Shown here piece by piece: positions 13,050 through 26,010 of a stretch of 64,000 nucleotides of DNA (position 1 is its first letter; each line of letters starts with the position of its first letter). A model generated the notes under the pieces. That model searched no databases and was not told the origin of the DNA. It was given only the letters and a program-made list of their open reading frames with translations. Source of the DNA: Chiloscyllium plagiosum (Eukaryota); contig NC_057739.1 in the NCBI RefSeq assembly GCF_004010195.1, positions 25,156,969 through 25,220,968 on the forward strand, given 5' to 3'. Made by a program: the position numbers and the translations under genes.

Positions 13050-13255
13050 TCATTCACAGAGGGCAATTAAGAATCAACCACGTCGCTGTGGGTCTAGAGT
13101 CACATGTAGGCCAGACCTGAGAAGGATGACAATTTCCTTCCCTAAAAGGCATTAGTGAACCAGATGGGTTTTTTTCCCGACAATCGACAATATTCATCAG
13201 TAGACTCTTACTTGTAGTTTTTTATAAATTAAATTCAAATCCCACCATCTGCCAT
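13050..13255 (-). mobile_element. SINE family C fragment
   Basis: gtcacatgtaggccagac..tttccttccctaaaaggcattagtgaaccagatggg. Confidence 0.75.
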
Positions 13256-13759
13256 CTTCCTTGTTTCCTGGAACAAAACTACAAAGTAGGAACAGGGGTT
13301 GGGACTAGTGTTGGATAGAGCATTATTTGTGTAAAGACAGGAAAAGATACTGGGTCTAAGAAATGAACAGGGAAAGTGATGGACTGATACTTATGCTGTT
13401 TGGCAAAAAAAATCTTCTTGACAATATTTCCCACCCCTACCTCCAATCTCTTCTGGGGTCTGACCTTGAATAATTTATCTATTCTCCCTTCAGGTCCAAC
13501 TCTGGTGTCTAAAGACACAATTCCGAATGTTCACTGTCTAATCAATGTCCCAGTTAAACTCTCCCTTTTCGTTAGAATCTCTGCAAAATACCTTCAAATT
13601 CTTTGCCAATTTGAAGCTGCTATATAAACACGAGTGCCTCAAATGAAGGGGAGTGACAGTTCACATATCTGTTAGGAAAAATTTAAACCTGGTTGAGCTG
13701 TTGAATATGAATAATACGTTGTTTTAGTGTACACAAATGCTGTCTTTATACTGCATTGA

Positions 13760-14031
13760 CAGGCAGAAGGCTAAAAGAACACAGCAAGCCAGGCAGCATC
13801 TGGAGGTGGAGAAGTCAATGTTTCGGGCATAACCTTCTTCAGGACTCGGGTGGGTGTCGGGGGAGCTGCAGATAACGACAGCTTTAAGGGTGGGGGCTGG
13901 GTGATGAAATGGGCATAGGTGAAGACAGGTAGAGGGTATGATCTGGTTGGTCAATGTGAGGAATGAATCCAGTTGGCAGCAAGGAGCAATGGAAGGGATG
14001 GGGACAGGCTGGGAAGGGAGTCGGGGGATGG
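13760..14031 (-). mobile_element. PLE 3' region with degenerate hammerhead motif
   Basis: Reverse complement cctgaagaaggttatgcccgaaacattgac (13815-13843) followed by gatgctgcctggcttgctgtgttct. Confidence 0.7.
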
Positions 14032-14051
14032 CTCCAGATCCACAGCAATAT

Positions 14052-14351
14052 GGCGGCACAGTGGCACAGTGGTTAGCACTGCTGCCTCACAGCGCCAGAG
14101 ACCCGGGTTCAATTCCCGCCTCAGGTGACTCCCTGTGTGGAGTTTGCACATTCTCCCCGTGTTTGTGTGGGTTTCCTCCGGGTGCTCCGGTTTCCTCCCA
14201 CAACCAAATATGTGCAGTTGAACTAGCCATGCTAAATTGCCTGTAGTGTTAGGTGTAGGGGAATGGGTCTGGGTGGGTTGCGCTTCGACAGGTCGGTGTG
14301 GACTTGTTGGGCTGAAGGGCCTGTTTCCACACTGTAAGTAATCTAATCTAA
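14052..14351 (+). mobile_element. HE1 SINE
   Basis: Full tRNA head, core and (aatct)n tail; near-identical to the 3209 copy. Confidence 0.95.
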
Positions 14352-14499
14352 TATGATTGACTCTTAATTGCCCTCTAGGCATTTAGGGATGGGCAATAAA
14401 TATTGACCTAGCCAGTGACGCCTATATCCTGTGAATAAATAATTAAAAAAAGGTCATCTCTTCTATTGACATTTTTTACTCTTTGATTTCTGGTTTTGA

Positions 14500-14705
14500 A
14501 TCATAAAATCCCTACAGTGTGGAAGCAGGCCATTTGACCCATCAATTCCATACTGACCTTCTGAAGAGCATTTTCCCCCCAGACCCACACCCCCCATCCT
14601 ATCCCGGTAACCCTGCATTTCCCATGGCTAATCCATTTAGCTTGCATATCCCTGGACAATACGGGAAATTTAACATGACCAATCCACTTAACGTGCACAT
14701 CTTCG
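14500..14705 (-). mobile_element. HE1-like SINE 3' half
   Basis: Reverse complement of the 7255-type core and tail. Confidence 0.8.
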
Positions 14706-14959
14706 AATCTGCGGCAGCATTCTGTTTAAATCACCCAGGGCCTTTTATCAGTTTTCCTGGGTGCCAGGTTTTGATCCATTTAGATATGATTAATTACTGC
14801 AAAGCAATTGAGTTGTTTTTTTCCTTCCTCTTTCCTCTCAGTCTTTACTGAATTTTATTCTGTTCATTTCATCAGTGAGGATGACAAGAAGAGTGGAGAG
14901 AGGGACAGAAGTATATACTTTAAAGACTATAGGGCACTACTGACCACAGCAGCATCATT

Positions 14960-15290
14960 GATGAGAAAGAGAAAGAGAGACAATGATGCACAGAGACAAG
15001 TATAAAGAGAGAGAGACCACTGATCTAGAGAGAAAGACACACATAGAGATAATGAGAGAGTGAGAATCAGACAGAGACAATCACGGGGGAAAAGAAACAG
15101 AGACAGTCAGGGAAATAGACAGGCAGACAGAATCACAGAGAGACAATGGCAATCAGGGAGATGGAAAGATTGAGAAAAACAGAGAGAGAAAAAGACCCAC
15201 AACGTGGAAAGAGACAGAGAGAGAGAGAAATCGTGAGGAACACAGACAGCAAGAAACACAGACAGACAGAAAGTTGGAGACAGGAGACTG
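14960..15290. repeat. GA-rich low-complexity tract
   Basis: Degenerate (GA)n/(GACA)n. Confidence 0.85.
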
Positions 15291-15994
15291 GCAGAAAACT
15301 TCTTTTGTCTTGTATCCTGTAACCAGTGAAAGGGTGGTTTGCTTGAATGACTTTCAGACACAGGGAAATATAACTCAAATATAGAACTATAATGTACTAA
15401 CTGTCTCTGTTACCTCTTCTAAATGTATAGGAAGTTAGTTAAATATAAGAATGAGAAGTCTTTCTTTCAAAATAGACTTGAGCAGAGATTTTATTTTGGG
15501 AGCCATGCTATGTTGTGATAAAACATTTACAATATAGATTATGTTTTGGGATTTGGATTTTGAAATAGAGGCAGTGGGATGTGAATCAGTTCTGTGAAGA
15601 CAATTCTTTTAAAAAAAGGTAAGGAAGTAATTTAGAACAGTGACCAAAGTGTACGAACTCCAAGAAAGCATGTGATTACAGCAGTCCTGAGGTGTCAATG
15701 GAGGGAATCTTATATTGCTGAATTTACACCAGACCGGAAAACCATTAGTTTTAGCTTTGAGTTCAGTTCAGAATTTAGGACAGTTTCCCCTTGTAGGAAA
15801 ATCAAGCCTTCAGTTCAGCAGACACACTACTTGAGCTGTTTTAGTTTGTGGAGCTGTTAAGAGTTCGGATTGAAATCTTTGAGGTGTTAGAACTGAAAAG
15901 ATTTAGGTCATTCTAACATGCTAAACAGCATTTTGTGTACACACAAATGAACTATGAGCAGGAGCAGACATTTCACCCTTTAAGCCTGTAGCGT

Positions 15995-16358
15995 CAGAAA
16001 CTGAGGGGTGATCTTATAGAGGTTTATAAAATCATGAGGGGCATGGATAGGGTAAATTACCAAGGTCTTTTCCCCATGGTAGGAGAGTCCAATACTAGAC
16101 AGCATAGGTTTAAGGTGAGAGGGGAAAGATTTAAAAGGGATCTAAGGGGCAACATTTTCATACCGAGGGTGGTGCATGTATGGAATGGGCTGCAGGAGGA
16201 GGTGGTGGAGATTGCTAAATTGGCCGTATTGTTAGGTGAAGGGGTAAATGTAAGGGAATGGGTCTGGGTGGGTTGCTCTTCGGAGGATCGGTGTGGACTT
16301 GTTAGGCTGAAGGGCCTGTTTGCACACTGTAAGTAATCAAATCTAATCTAATCTAATC
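15995..16358 (+). mobile_element. CR1 3' fragment fused to an HE1 3' half
   Basis: CR1 up to gaggtggtggag (16210), then attgctaaattggccgt..(aatct)n from HE1. Confidence 0.85.
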
Positions 16359-16385
16359 AGAATTGTGAAAGGTTTATGGTGGTAG

Positions 16386-17645
16386 GTCATAGAATCGTAG
16401 AGATGTACAGCACAGAAACAGACCCTTCGGTCCAACTCGTCCATGTCGACCAAATATCCCAACCCAATCTATTCCCACCTGCCAGCACCCAGCCCATATC
16501 CTTCCAAATCCATCCTATTCACATACCCATCCAGATGACTTTTAAATGTTGCAATTGTACTAAGCTCCACCATTCCCCTGGCAGCTCATTCCATACACGT
16601 ACCACCCTCTGTGTGAAAACGTTGCCCCTCAGGCTCTTTTATATCTTTCCCCTCTCACCCTAAACCTATGCCCTCTAGTTCTGGACCTCCCGACCCCAGG
16701 GAAAAGGCTTTGCCTATTTATCCTATCCATCCCCCCTCATGATTTTATAAAACTCTATAAAGTCACCCCTCAGCCTCCGATGCTCCGGGAAAACAGCCCT
16801 AGCCTATTCAACCTCTCCCTATAGCTCAAATCCTCCAACCCTGGCAACACCCTTATAAATCTTTTCTGAATCCTTTCAAGTTTCAGAACATTCTTCTGAT
16901 AGGAAGGAGACCAGAATTACACACAATATTCCAACATGGTCTAACCAAATGTCCTGTACAGCTGCAACATGACCTCCCAACTCCTGTACTCAATACTCTG
17001 ACCAATAAAGGAAAGTATACCAAACACCTTCTTCGCTATCCTATCAACCTACAACTTCACTTTCAAAGAGCTATGAACCTTCACTCCAAGGTCTCTTTGT
17101 TCAGCAACACTCCCTAGGACCTTACCATTAAGTGTATAAATCCTGCTAAGATTTGCTTTCCCAAAATGCAGCACCTCGCATTTATCTAAATTAAACTCCA
17201 TCTGCCACTTCTCAGCCCATTGGCCCATCTGGTCCAGATTCTGTTGTAATCTGAGGTAACTTTCTTCGCTGTCCATACACCTCCAATTTTGGTGTCATCT
17301 GCAAACTTACTAACTATACCCCTTATACTCACATCCAAATCATTTATATAAATTATGAAAATTAGTGGATCCAGCACCAATCCTTGTGGCACTCCACTGG
17401 TCACAGGCCTTCCATCTGAAAAACAACCCTCCACCACCAACCTCTGTCTTCTACCTTCAAGCCAGCTCTGTATCCAAATGGCTAGTTCTCCCTGTATTCC
17501 ATGAGATCTAACCTTGCTCACCAGTCTGCCATGGGGAACCTTGTCGAACGTTTACTGAAATCCATATAGATCGCATCTACTGCTCTGCCCTCATCAATCC
17601 TCTTTGTTACTTCTTCAAACAACTTAATTAAGTTTGTGAGACATG
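16386..17645 (-). mobile_element. HER1/CR1 LINE RT plus 3' end, 5'-truncated and frameshifted
   Basis: [23 protein letters not shown]; [10 protein letters not shown]. Confidence 0.97.
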
Positions 17646-18338
17646 CTTTTGGTCCAAGGAAAAGAAGCTGGGAGGGGTCAGTTAAGTAAAAACTTAAAGA
17701 ATTGAAATAGGAGTTGAGTGTCTTTAAAAGGATATTTTGGGAAACAGTTTGAAACTTTGTTTTGCTGTTTGTGTTTCCAATTGTTTTATAAATTAATAAA
17801 GCTTTGTTTTATTTTATTTAGTGTAATAAATTTATGTTCTGTTCTTAGAGAACATTTGCAACCTTGTGTGAATAAGTTCCAGTGACTAACCCCAAGGTAA
17901 CCAACAGCAAAACCATTTAAAATATTAAGGCAAGTTTCATTCTGAAATCTGATTGATCCAGTTTTGCCATCAACTGAGATTATACTAGTCCCCAGAGGCA
18001 GTGCCGGCTTGAATTTATTCAAGTTAGAGTTAGATTTCTGATAGGCACAGCAGACAACAAGAACGTGGAGTTGAGACCACAGCCAGGTCACCGTTGATCT
18101 TATTGAATGCAGAGCAAGCTCAAAGTGCCAAATAGCTATTCCTCAATCCTATTTAGAGTTCACATATGAAATCAAGAAGCTTAATTATGATTAAAACTGA
18201 GGGGCTCAAATGATAAATGTGTAACAATATAGCCAAATTGATGTTGAGTTAATTTCTAATAAAATGCATGGGAGAATACATTGATTTAAGGAACATTAAT
18301 TGCACATTATATTTAAATTTATCTATTGTTAAATTATA

Positions 18339-20460
18339 AGCTGCATTTACCTATTGAACTCTTGGACTGGCAGGAGTCTGTTTGCTTCAGATGGAACATT
18401 TGAAGTTAGCTACTTGTCAATTTTAGATTTGTTATTTTAAAACCAATTAAATTTGTATATAAAAGCCTCCTAGAGAGTTTCAGATGCTTTCTTTCTAAAA
18501 TTACCAATACAAAGCGTTACACTGGACAGTGGAATAAATGCAGAGACTAAACTCTACCTCTTCAAACTAGTTCAAAGGTTTAGGAAACCAGACATGAAGA
18601 ATAATTGAAAAGGTTAATTTCAAGTTTTTTGTATTGGCCCAATCTAATTAATACAAAGGCCTTTCATATTATTGTTGTCATTGATAATTTTGTTATTAAA
18701 ATGCAATATGGAATAAATAGTCACAGCTCATTATTTATAAAACAAATAGGGTGCTTTCATCAAACTTTATATCCACTATTATAAATTAGATTTACATAAT
18801 TTACATAACTTTGTACCTGCTCCTACGAATTGACCTGCCTCCAAATCTCCTGTGGTTACTGAATGATGGAAGATGCTTCAGTTCTGAATATGCCATTCTC
18901 GCAGTTCAAGACTTCTCTGGTCCTTTGGGGGGAAACAATAATAAAAATTGAGAACAATTTGTCTTACTTGCATTTAATTTCATTTATATTAATATCTTGG
19001 AGGAATGCGATACGGAGTTTGTTCATTTACTACTCTGTGTTGTTTTATTTTTAGGACCTCACTGTGTGGAGATTGATGAGTGTTTGAGTTCTCTATGTCT
19101 CCATAATGGAACATGCCATTATCTTGTTAATGGCATTAGCTGTATTCATCCAGCTGGATTCTCCAGCAGACAATGTGAGATGAATAACAATGACGGCAAG
19201 GAGAGCACCTGTCAGTTTTCTAGGAATGAATGACTATGATGCCAATATTAATGAATGTCAAATTGGACCATGTCAGGATGGTGTCCATTGTGTCGTTGGC
19301 ATAGATTGTTACATATGTATGTTCACCAAGATTCCCTAGATGAGGCTCTGGATTTGAAACATGTGCATGAAACCAAAGTCTGCACACTACTTCATGTACT
19401 GGTGCAATTTCAGTACTCCAGGGTTTGCATATGTATATTGCACCTCCATTTCAGGACCAGATGCAACAGCTTGTTGTGTCACCACAGTTTTACCAGATCG
19501 TAGGGCTGCTCTCTCATTAGAGAGATACAACTGCTGGTGATTTAAACTGAGGGTTGAGAGGTTGAGAAGGAGAGTATTTCACAGTAATCTCAACTGGTAA
19601 TGGGAATTGAACCCATGCTGTTGGCATCACACTGCTTCGCAAACATGGTAATGACAATGCAGATATCCAATGCGTACTCCTACCATGCCAGAAAGCAGAG
19701 CTCCTTAAGGTAAAGGTTTCGTTAACAAGCATAAATTTAACTGACATTAATTTGAAGATACAACTGTTGACAATTCACTTGCTCAGTGTGTGACAGCTCA
19801 ACAACATCAGAGTTCCTCATCTTCAAAGTGCCATGGCTTCAAGTGTCACTCTGACACAGTCTGAGTGGTCTTTATAGATGCTCCATCCTACAGTCGCAAT
19901 AATAGAAACTGAACGTCATTCAAGTCTGATCTATCAACAATGAAGTCCACACTCTCCAAACAACCCTATTCTCCCGACTGTAACAAACTCAGAAAAAGTC
20001 ATAGACTCAAATGAGGAGCAAAGTTTAGAAAAATCCTCAAATCTCAAGATTATCCTATATAATAGTGAATCAAAGACATTTAAGCGGATTTGGATTTCAT
20101 CCCAGATTGTAGAAAGCAGGTTTTATGATGTTTCTTGGGATGAGCTTGATTACTTTAGATGGCTGTGCACACCATTACTTTATCATTTACAGAGTTTAAA
20201 ATTACAGAAGAAATGTTCTGTGTGATAGAAATATAAATTCAGTAGCGATTAATGGTGAAATGCTGACTGCAATTGCTAATAAAAGAGGAAATGTTCCGAG
20301 GGCTGGGAGAAATAGGTTTGCCTTGAGAGTTCTGCATCTGTGACAGAGACATCCTCTACTCATTCATCCTCATGATATGCGTGTCTAATTGTCTCACATT
20401 TGCTGTACTTTGGCAGATCGGAAATAAACCTGAAAGTAAGCAAAGAATTGAGGTTTCCTT
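18339..20460 (+). pseudogene. EYS: Decayed intronless EYS-like (eyes shut homolog) retrocopy: EGF repeats, S/T-rich linker and LamG remnants
   Basis: FLGPHCVEIDECLSSLCLHNGTCHYLVNGISC..CEMNNNDGKESTC (19048-19212); NINECQIGPCQDGVHCVVGIDCYIC; SEWSL*MLHPTV (19860-19895) vs recalled human EYS SEWSKWELQPSV; LKIILY..FKRI..Y and VIEI resembling LamG1; collinear order, many stops and frameshifts. Confidence 0.62.
19500..19670 (-). mobile_element. SINE (same family as 3678) inserted into the EYS-like pseudogene
   Basis: tagggctgctctctcattagagag..tttaaactgagggt..gggaattgaaccc. Confidence 0.7.
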
Positions 20461-20984
20461 AGCACCTCCTTGACTGGTTTATTACGGGAGGCTGAATTAC
20501 TGTCACTTCATATTCACATGGTTGGTTTCTGAATATTTAGTGAAGTTTTTATTTTCACAAAACATCTCAAATTGGTACTTGAGGTATACTATAAAGTTTA
20601 CAAAAAGCAGGCTGCAAGACGAACATGGAAAGTAAAAGTGAGCGACTAAATATTATTAAGCTTTCTCTGGAAAATGTTTAAAATAATGGGATCATTTACC
20701 TAGACCAGAGCATGGTGAGACAAAATTTAGTAGAAATTATGAAAATTATGATGGATATAGTTATAGCAGAATGAATGACAATATGTTCATTCTTCTGGTT
20801 TGAGAATAAGTGACAATAAGACAACATCAAGTTGATCTCATGACTAAGAAAGAGAGCAATGAATAAGATAGAAGAAACATTTAGTTAAGGTCAATCATTT
20901 GAAGAAGGAACCTGCTGAAAGAAACCTATCCTATTCATCCCTTTTTTGAAGATTGACATAATAATTGAAATCACTAATCTCTCT

Positions 20985-21500
20985 ACTATAGGAAGAATGT
21001 TGTGAAACTTGAAAGGGTTCAGAAAAGATTTACAAGGATATTGCCAGGTTTAGAGGGCTTGATCTACAGGGAGAGGTTGAATAGGCTGGGGCTGTTTTCC
21101 CTGGAGCATTGGAGGCTGAGGGGTGACCTCATAGACGTTTACAAAATCATGAGGGGCATGAATAGGGTAAATAGACAAGGTATTTTCACTGGAGTGGGGG
21201 AGTCCAGAACGAGAGGGCATAGGTTTAAAGTGAGATGGGAAAGATTTAAAAGGGACCTAAGGGGCAACATTTTCACACAGAGGGTGGTGCATGTATGGAA
21301 TGAGCTGCCAGAGGAAGTGGTGGCGGCTGGTACAATTACAACATTTAAAAGGCATCTGGATGCGTGTATGAATAGGAAGGGTTTAGAGGGATATAGGCCA
21401 AATGCTGGCAAAAAGGGCTAGATTAATTTCGGATATCTGGTCAGCGTGGATGAGTTGGACCGAAGGGTCTTTTTCTGTACTGTACGTCTTTATGACTCTG
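20985..21500 (+). mobile_element. HER1/CR1 LINE 3' fragment
   Basis: KLERVQKRFTRILPGL..RLRGDLI..WNELPEEVV; tail tatgactctg. Confidence 0.96.
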
Positions 21501-24032
21501 TGACATTATAACTAAGAAGGCCATGCTTTTGTACAGTGTTGTACAATGGACTGGGTCTTTGCTGCTGAGGCAGGTAGCTTGATTTGGGTTCTTTGCTGGA
21601 TCAATGCACCTGCCTTGGGAGAAAGTGCCCTGTCTGATACAGGTTTTGCTCCTGAAGATGTGGGGTTCATTTACAGGAGGTTATCAAGCCTGCTCCTCCT
21701 AAACAAAGATTAGAGGTGATCACAGGGGTGACTATATGCCAAGGCAGCCTTTTCATAGCTGAATTGTTTTGCTTAAAAAAAGCCCTCACCACATACATCC
21801 CCTAAGTTCTCCAGCCACTGCCTATGCCCAAACCATGCCAACTCATGCCTCTCCATTCATCCCCATGACCTATTGTTTTCATGCCAGCTTAAATCTGACT
21901 CATGCCAACTCATACCCTTACCCACCATGCACTTCCCTTACACATTCTGTTAACACTTAACAAATATCCACATGGGCACATATTAGGAGCTACGTTGAGA
22001 AAAACATTTAGAATGAATATTTAAATATGTATTACCAGTTTTACTTTTTAAAAAATCCCTTTCATGAATGCCCCCTTAAAACTTTAAAGTACTCAAGTAC
22101 TTAATCTCTTTTCAAGCTAAATAGACATTGATTCATAACTCAGCATCAAAGACAACTCACCCATTAATGACCTATGTGTGTTGGCAATCAAACAGTGAAA
22201 AAAGTGGAAAGCAACCTGCCATTCAGGGTGATATAATTACAGCGGTGCCTGCTGATACCCATGACTGTCAGCAACTGTAAGTGCTCACTAATCCAGAAAC
22301 ACACCCGCGCTCAATTCAGACCCATTATGTCATCCATGAAATTCTGATGATATCATACGCGAAGACTGCACTGCACATGCACAGAGAAGAAGCAGGATAT
22401 TGACCCAAGAGAGTGGGAATGCAGGAGTGGGGAGTTGAGGGATTAAGGACATTGAAGCAGCAAGGGTGGGAGAGTGTGAGGACATGGGTTTGGGGAGGGT
22501 TCGGATGGCACAGGAGGTACCGGTAACTCTCTTTTCTACCTCAAATGGTGCCTTGAACTCCTCTCAAACTGCTTTAAGAGGTAGTTAATGGGCTTTGGTT
22601 GATATCTGAATTGAAAGTTGCTACTTCCACCAAGGCTGCCCTCTGTCAGTACTGCATTGGACAGTGAGTTCAGGTGATGAGCTCAGGCTCTAGTACAAGA
22701 TTCCTATCACAGCTTTCTAATTATGAAATGAGACAAGCTCACGTGAGACCAGTATTTTGGTCACTTCTGGACAAGGTAGATTGTCAGTGGCTAAGAGTAA
22801 GGAACCTTTGCATTCATGGAGACCACTGACTCAGCTAGTAAAAAATCTCAAAAGTATCTTTGATATGGAAGGCACTTAAGATTTACTGGCATATGATTTT
22901 AATTATGTTGCTATTTTCTCCACTGTTTGAATGTGCAACATACCACTTTCCCAGCAGAGAGAACAAACAAATGTCCTGACCCCATTCTTCATTATTGCAT
23001 ACTGTTTTGCCATTTAATGATTTGCCTTCAGGTTTCACGCCTTCTACTCTCTTTTCTGAACAAACACCTTGCACCTTTGCTCGTGCTGCTTCAGATTGAG
23101 GTCAATAGCTCACTGAGTAGAACACCATGTCTGTGAATAAAGCTTATCATCAGTTTTATCAACACTGGTCCCTCAGAACCACAGTATGATGATTAAAGTG
23201 ATAGCCTGGTCTTGGGTTAATGCAAGGTTAGGACAATTGACCTGTTGCTCAGTTCCCATTTGAGTAACAAGTAATGAATTAACCATAATTGAAATATATC
23301 AACACAACTGCTTTCAAACATGCTATCAAATGCTGTTCTAACATTGCAGTCTGCCCCTCTGGTTTTCTTTTAAATTCTGATAACCCTGTGACCAGATTAC
23401 TGAGCTGTTATATATTCTGAAGAGATACAAATGGTGTTTGAGTGCACTGGAATGGAAAGTGGGAGATACAGGCTGGAATAGCATGTTTAAATTATTAATT
23501 ACTCTGGAAAACAAAATTCATGTATCCTGATCTGAGAGATTTGTATCTGATAGGAAACTCCTATGAATGCATGCAATATTGCAATTAATTAAATCCCGTC
23601 AGTTGTCAATTTGGGTCTTGAACAAATACTATAGAAACTCAGTCCCTCACTGTGAACTCTCTCCAGGTTGATTAACTGCTGATTGAAAAAAAAGTGACAT
23701 TAAAATACCCTCTAGCCTCATGGAAGTGCTCAACATTTCTTTTAAAGGGTATTATATTTGCCATCTGTATGGAAGAACCCTTTCAAATAAGCTCAGGAAA
23801 TTATCATCTGTTGCCCTATCCTGGCTACATCAGTTCATTTAGATTAAAAATTGGGGCTAAATGCTGTTCACCTTTGACAAACAAAGTACAGGCAGACATA
23901 GAGAGCAACATCACTGGCAGAATAGTTCCAATGCATCCCAACATGCAAATTAGAAGCAAATCACAGGTTTTCTGTTTGCTGGCAGAATACTAAAGACCAC
24001 ATTTATAAGGCTCTGAGTTCACACAAAAATAT

Positions 24033-24200
24033 GAAATAAAAATCACACAACACCAGGTTACAATCCAACAGGTTTATTTGGAGCTGACGAAGGAACAGCG
24101 TTCCGAAAACTTGTACTTCCAAATAAACCTGTTGGACAATAATCTGGTGCTGTGTGATTTTTACTTTGTTCACTCCAGTCCAACACCGCCACTGTGACAT
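24033..24200 (+). mobile_element. Palindromic PLE cassette, family B
   Basis: Inverted arms aaaatcacacaacaccagg.. / ..ctggtgctgtgtgattttt; 11-bp TSD cacaaaaatat at 24022-24032 and 24201-24211. Confidence 0.85.
24084..24113 (+). ncRNA. Minimal hammerhead ribozyme motif (helix III mutated)
   Basis: CUGACGA-A-GGAAC-agc-GUUCC-GAAA. Confidence 0.65.
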
Positions 24201-24289
24201 CACAAAAATATAAGCAATTGGATTTAGAGTAGGCCATGTGCCTCCTTGAGCTATTTAATAAGTTCACAGCTCAACTGCATTTTACTTTT

Positions 24290-24580
24290 TTCTTATTCAT
24301 TCATGGGATTTACTATCTGGGCCAGCATTTATTGCCCATCCCTTGTTGAAAGTCAATTCCATTGCTGTGGATCTGCAGTCACGTGCAGACCAGACCAGTA
24401 AAAATGGCAGATTTCCTTCCCTCAAGGATATTAACAATCAACATGATCATCATTAAACGTTTAATTCCAGATTATTATCGAATTCAAATTCCACCATCTG
24501 TCATGGAGGGCTTTGAACTCAAGACCCCACAGCGTTACCTGGGTCTCTGGTTAGCAGTAACACCACCAGGCCATTGCCTT
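24290..24580 (-). mobile_element. SINE family C nested in an old CR1 3' end
   Basis: gccagcatttattgcccatccc tail and SINE body; flanks (24210-24900) are old CR1. Confidence 0.7.
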
Positions 24581-25333
24581 CCCTATCTCTCTGTTGCTAG
24601 ACTTTACTGTCCAAAGATCTATTGAACTTAGGTTTGAATCTATTCAATGACTGTGTGTTCACAGAACTTTAGAATTATCTATCCATAATGTATAATTATA
24701 ATCTGATGCATAATTCTCAGAGACAGAAGAAGTATTGTCTCCTCTCAGTCCTAAGTGGCTGACTTTTACTCTGGCTCCAGATACCCTAATCAAGGAGTAT
24801 TCAAAACTCTCAGCATCTAACCTACCAAGCCCTCTAAGGATTCACACATTTCAAAGCGAGAACCTTTCACTGTTCTTAATTCAAGAGGGTCTGGATCCAT
24901 TCTAGTCTATCTCTTTAATGTGGCTCTCATCATTCACACTTATCACTGGCTCTGCAATCTATTCCATCAGAGTCAGTCCAGGCACAAGTCGGGGCACACT
25001 CTGGATCTGCTTGTTGGAGAAATGAGTGACTATATTGAAGTTAGCTCTAACTAAGTGGGAAATACCTATGTTGATGTGTTAAGTTAGACAGGTATTTACT
25101 TTAGCAGGTAATTTCCAATCTGTCAGGATTGCTGATGGAAATGTAAAGGGACAAGAAGGACTCTGTGCAACTTTCAAATCGCAGGGAGTGGCAACTCTCT
25201 TGGGAAATGGATATAACTGAAAATATTGAACCCTTTCAGTATTTTTAGGGCCGAAGCCATTGAAAGGAGGAAACAAAGTACTGCCTTGCTGCAGAAGCAA
25301 ATAGGTTTTCATATTGCTATATCTATGATTGGA

Positions 25334-26010
25334 GTCATAGAGTTGTGGAGCTATACAGCATGGGAACAGACTCTTCAGTCCAACTCATCCATGCCAACCA
25401 GATATCCTAAATAATTTAGTTCCATTTGCTTGCATTTGGCCCTTATTCCTCTAAAACCTTCCCATTCATTCACTCATCCAGATGTCTTTTGAATGTTGTA
25501 ATTAAACCAGCCTCCACTGTCTTCTCTGGCAGCTCATTGCAAACTTGCATCACCCTCTGCGTGAAAAGGTTGTCCCTTAGGTCCCTTTAAAATCTTTCTT
25601 CTCTCATCTTAAACCTATGTCTTCTAGTTTTGGACTCCCCTACCCTGGGAAATAGACTTTGGCTATCCATGTGCCTCATGACTTTATGAACTTCTGTAAG
25701 GTCACCCCTCAGCCTCTGATGCTCCAAGGAAAACAAAACCCAGCCTATTCAGCCTCTCGCTGTAGCTAAAACCCTGCAATCATTGCAACATCTTTGTAAA
25801 TCTTTTCTGAACCCTTTCAAGTTTCACAACATCCTTCCTTGGAGGGTCAGTGTAGACTCAACGGGCCAAATGGCCTGCATTCACACTGCAGGCATTTTAT
25901 GAATATATGATTCTATAGCAGGGAGACCAGAATTGCATGCAGTATTCCAATAATGGCTTAACCAATGTTCTGTACTGCTGCAACATGATGTCCCAACTCC
26001 TGTACTCAGT
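25334..26010 (-). mobile_element. HER1/CR1 3' fragment containing a plus-strand HE1-type tail (about 25841-25913)
   Basis: Collinear with the 16386 copy; interrupted by ggagggtcagtgtagactc..gggccaaatggcctg. Confidence 0.9.

Larger units (their letters stand above)
15511..17985 (+). mobile_element. Possible decayed solo LTR split by nested CR1/HE1 insertions
   Basis: tgttgtga start; aataaa-rich segment and tttcattctg..atctga..tccag end resembling a recalled shark Gypsy LTR end; no TSD found. Confidence 0.3.

Noticed and set aside
19040-19233. Functional EGF exon with acceptor ttttag at 19054
   Set aside because: Lost cysteines, a frameshift and stop, no donor site, and EGF remnants continue upstream of the apparent acceptor; better explained as part of the retrocopy
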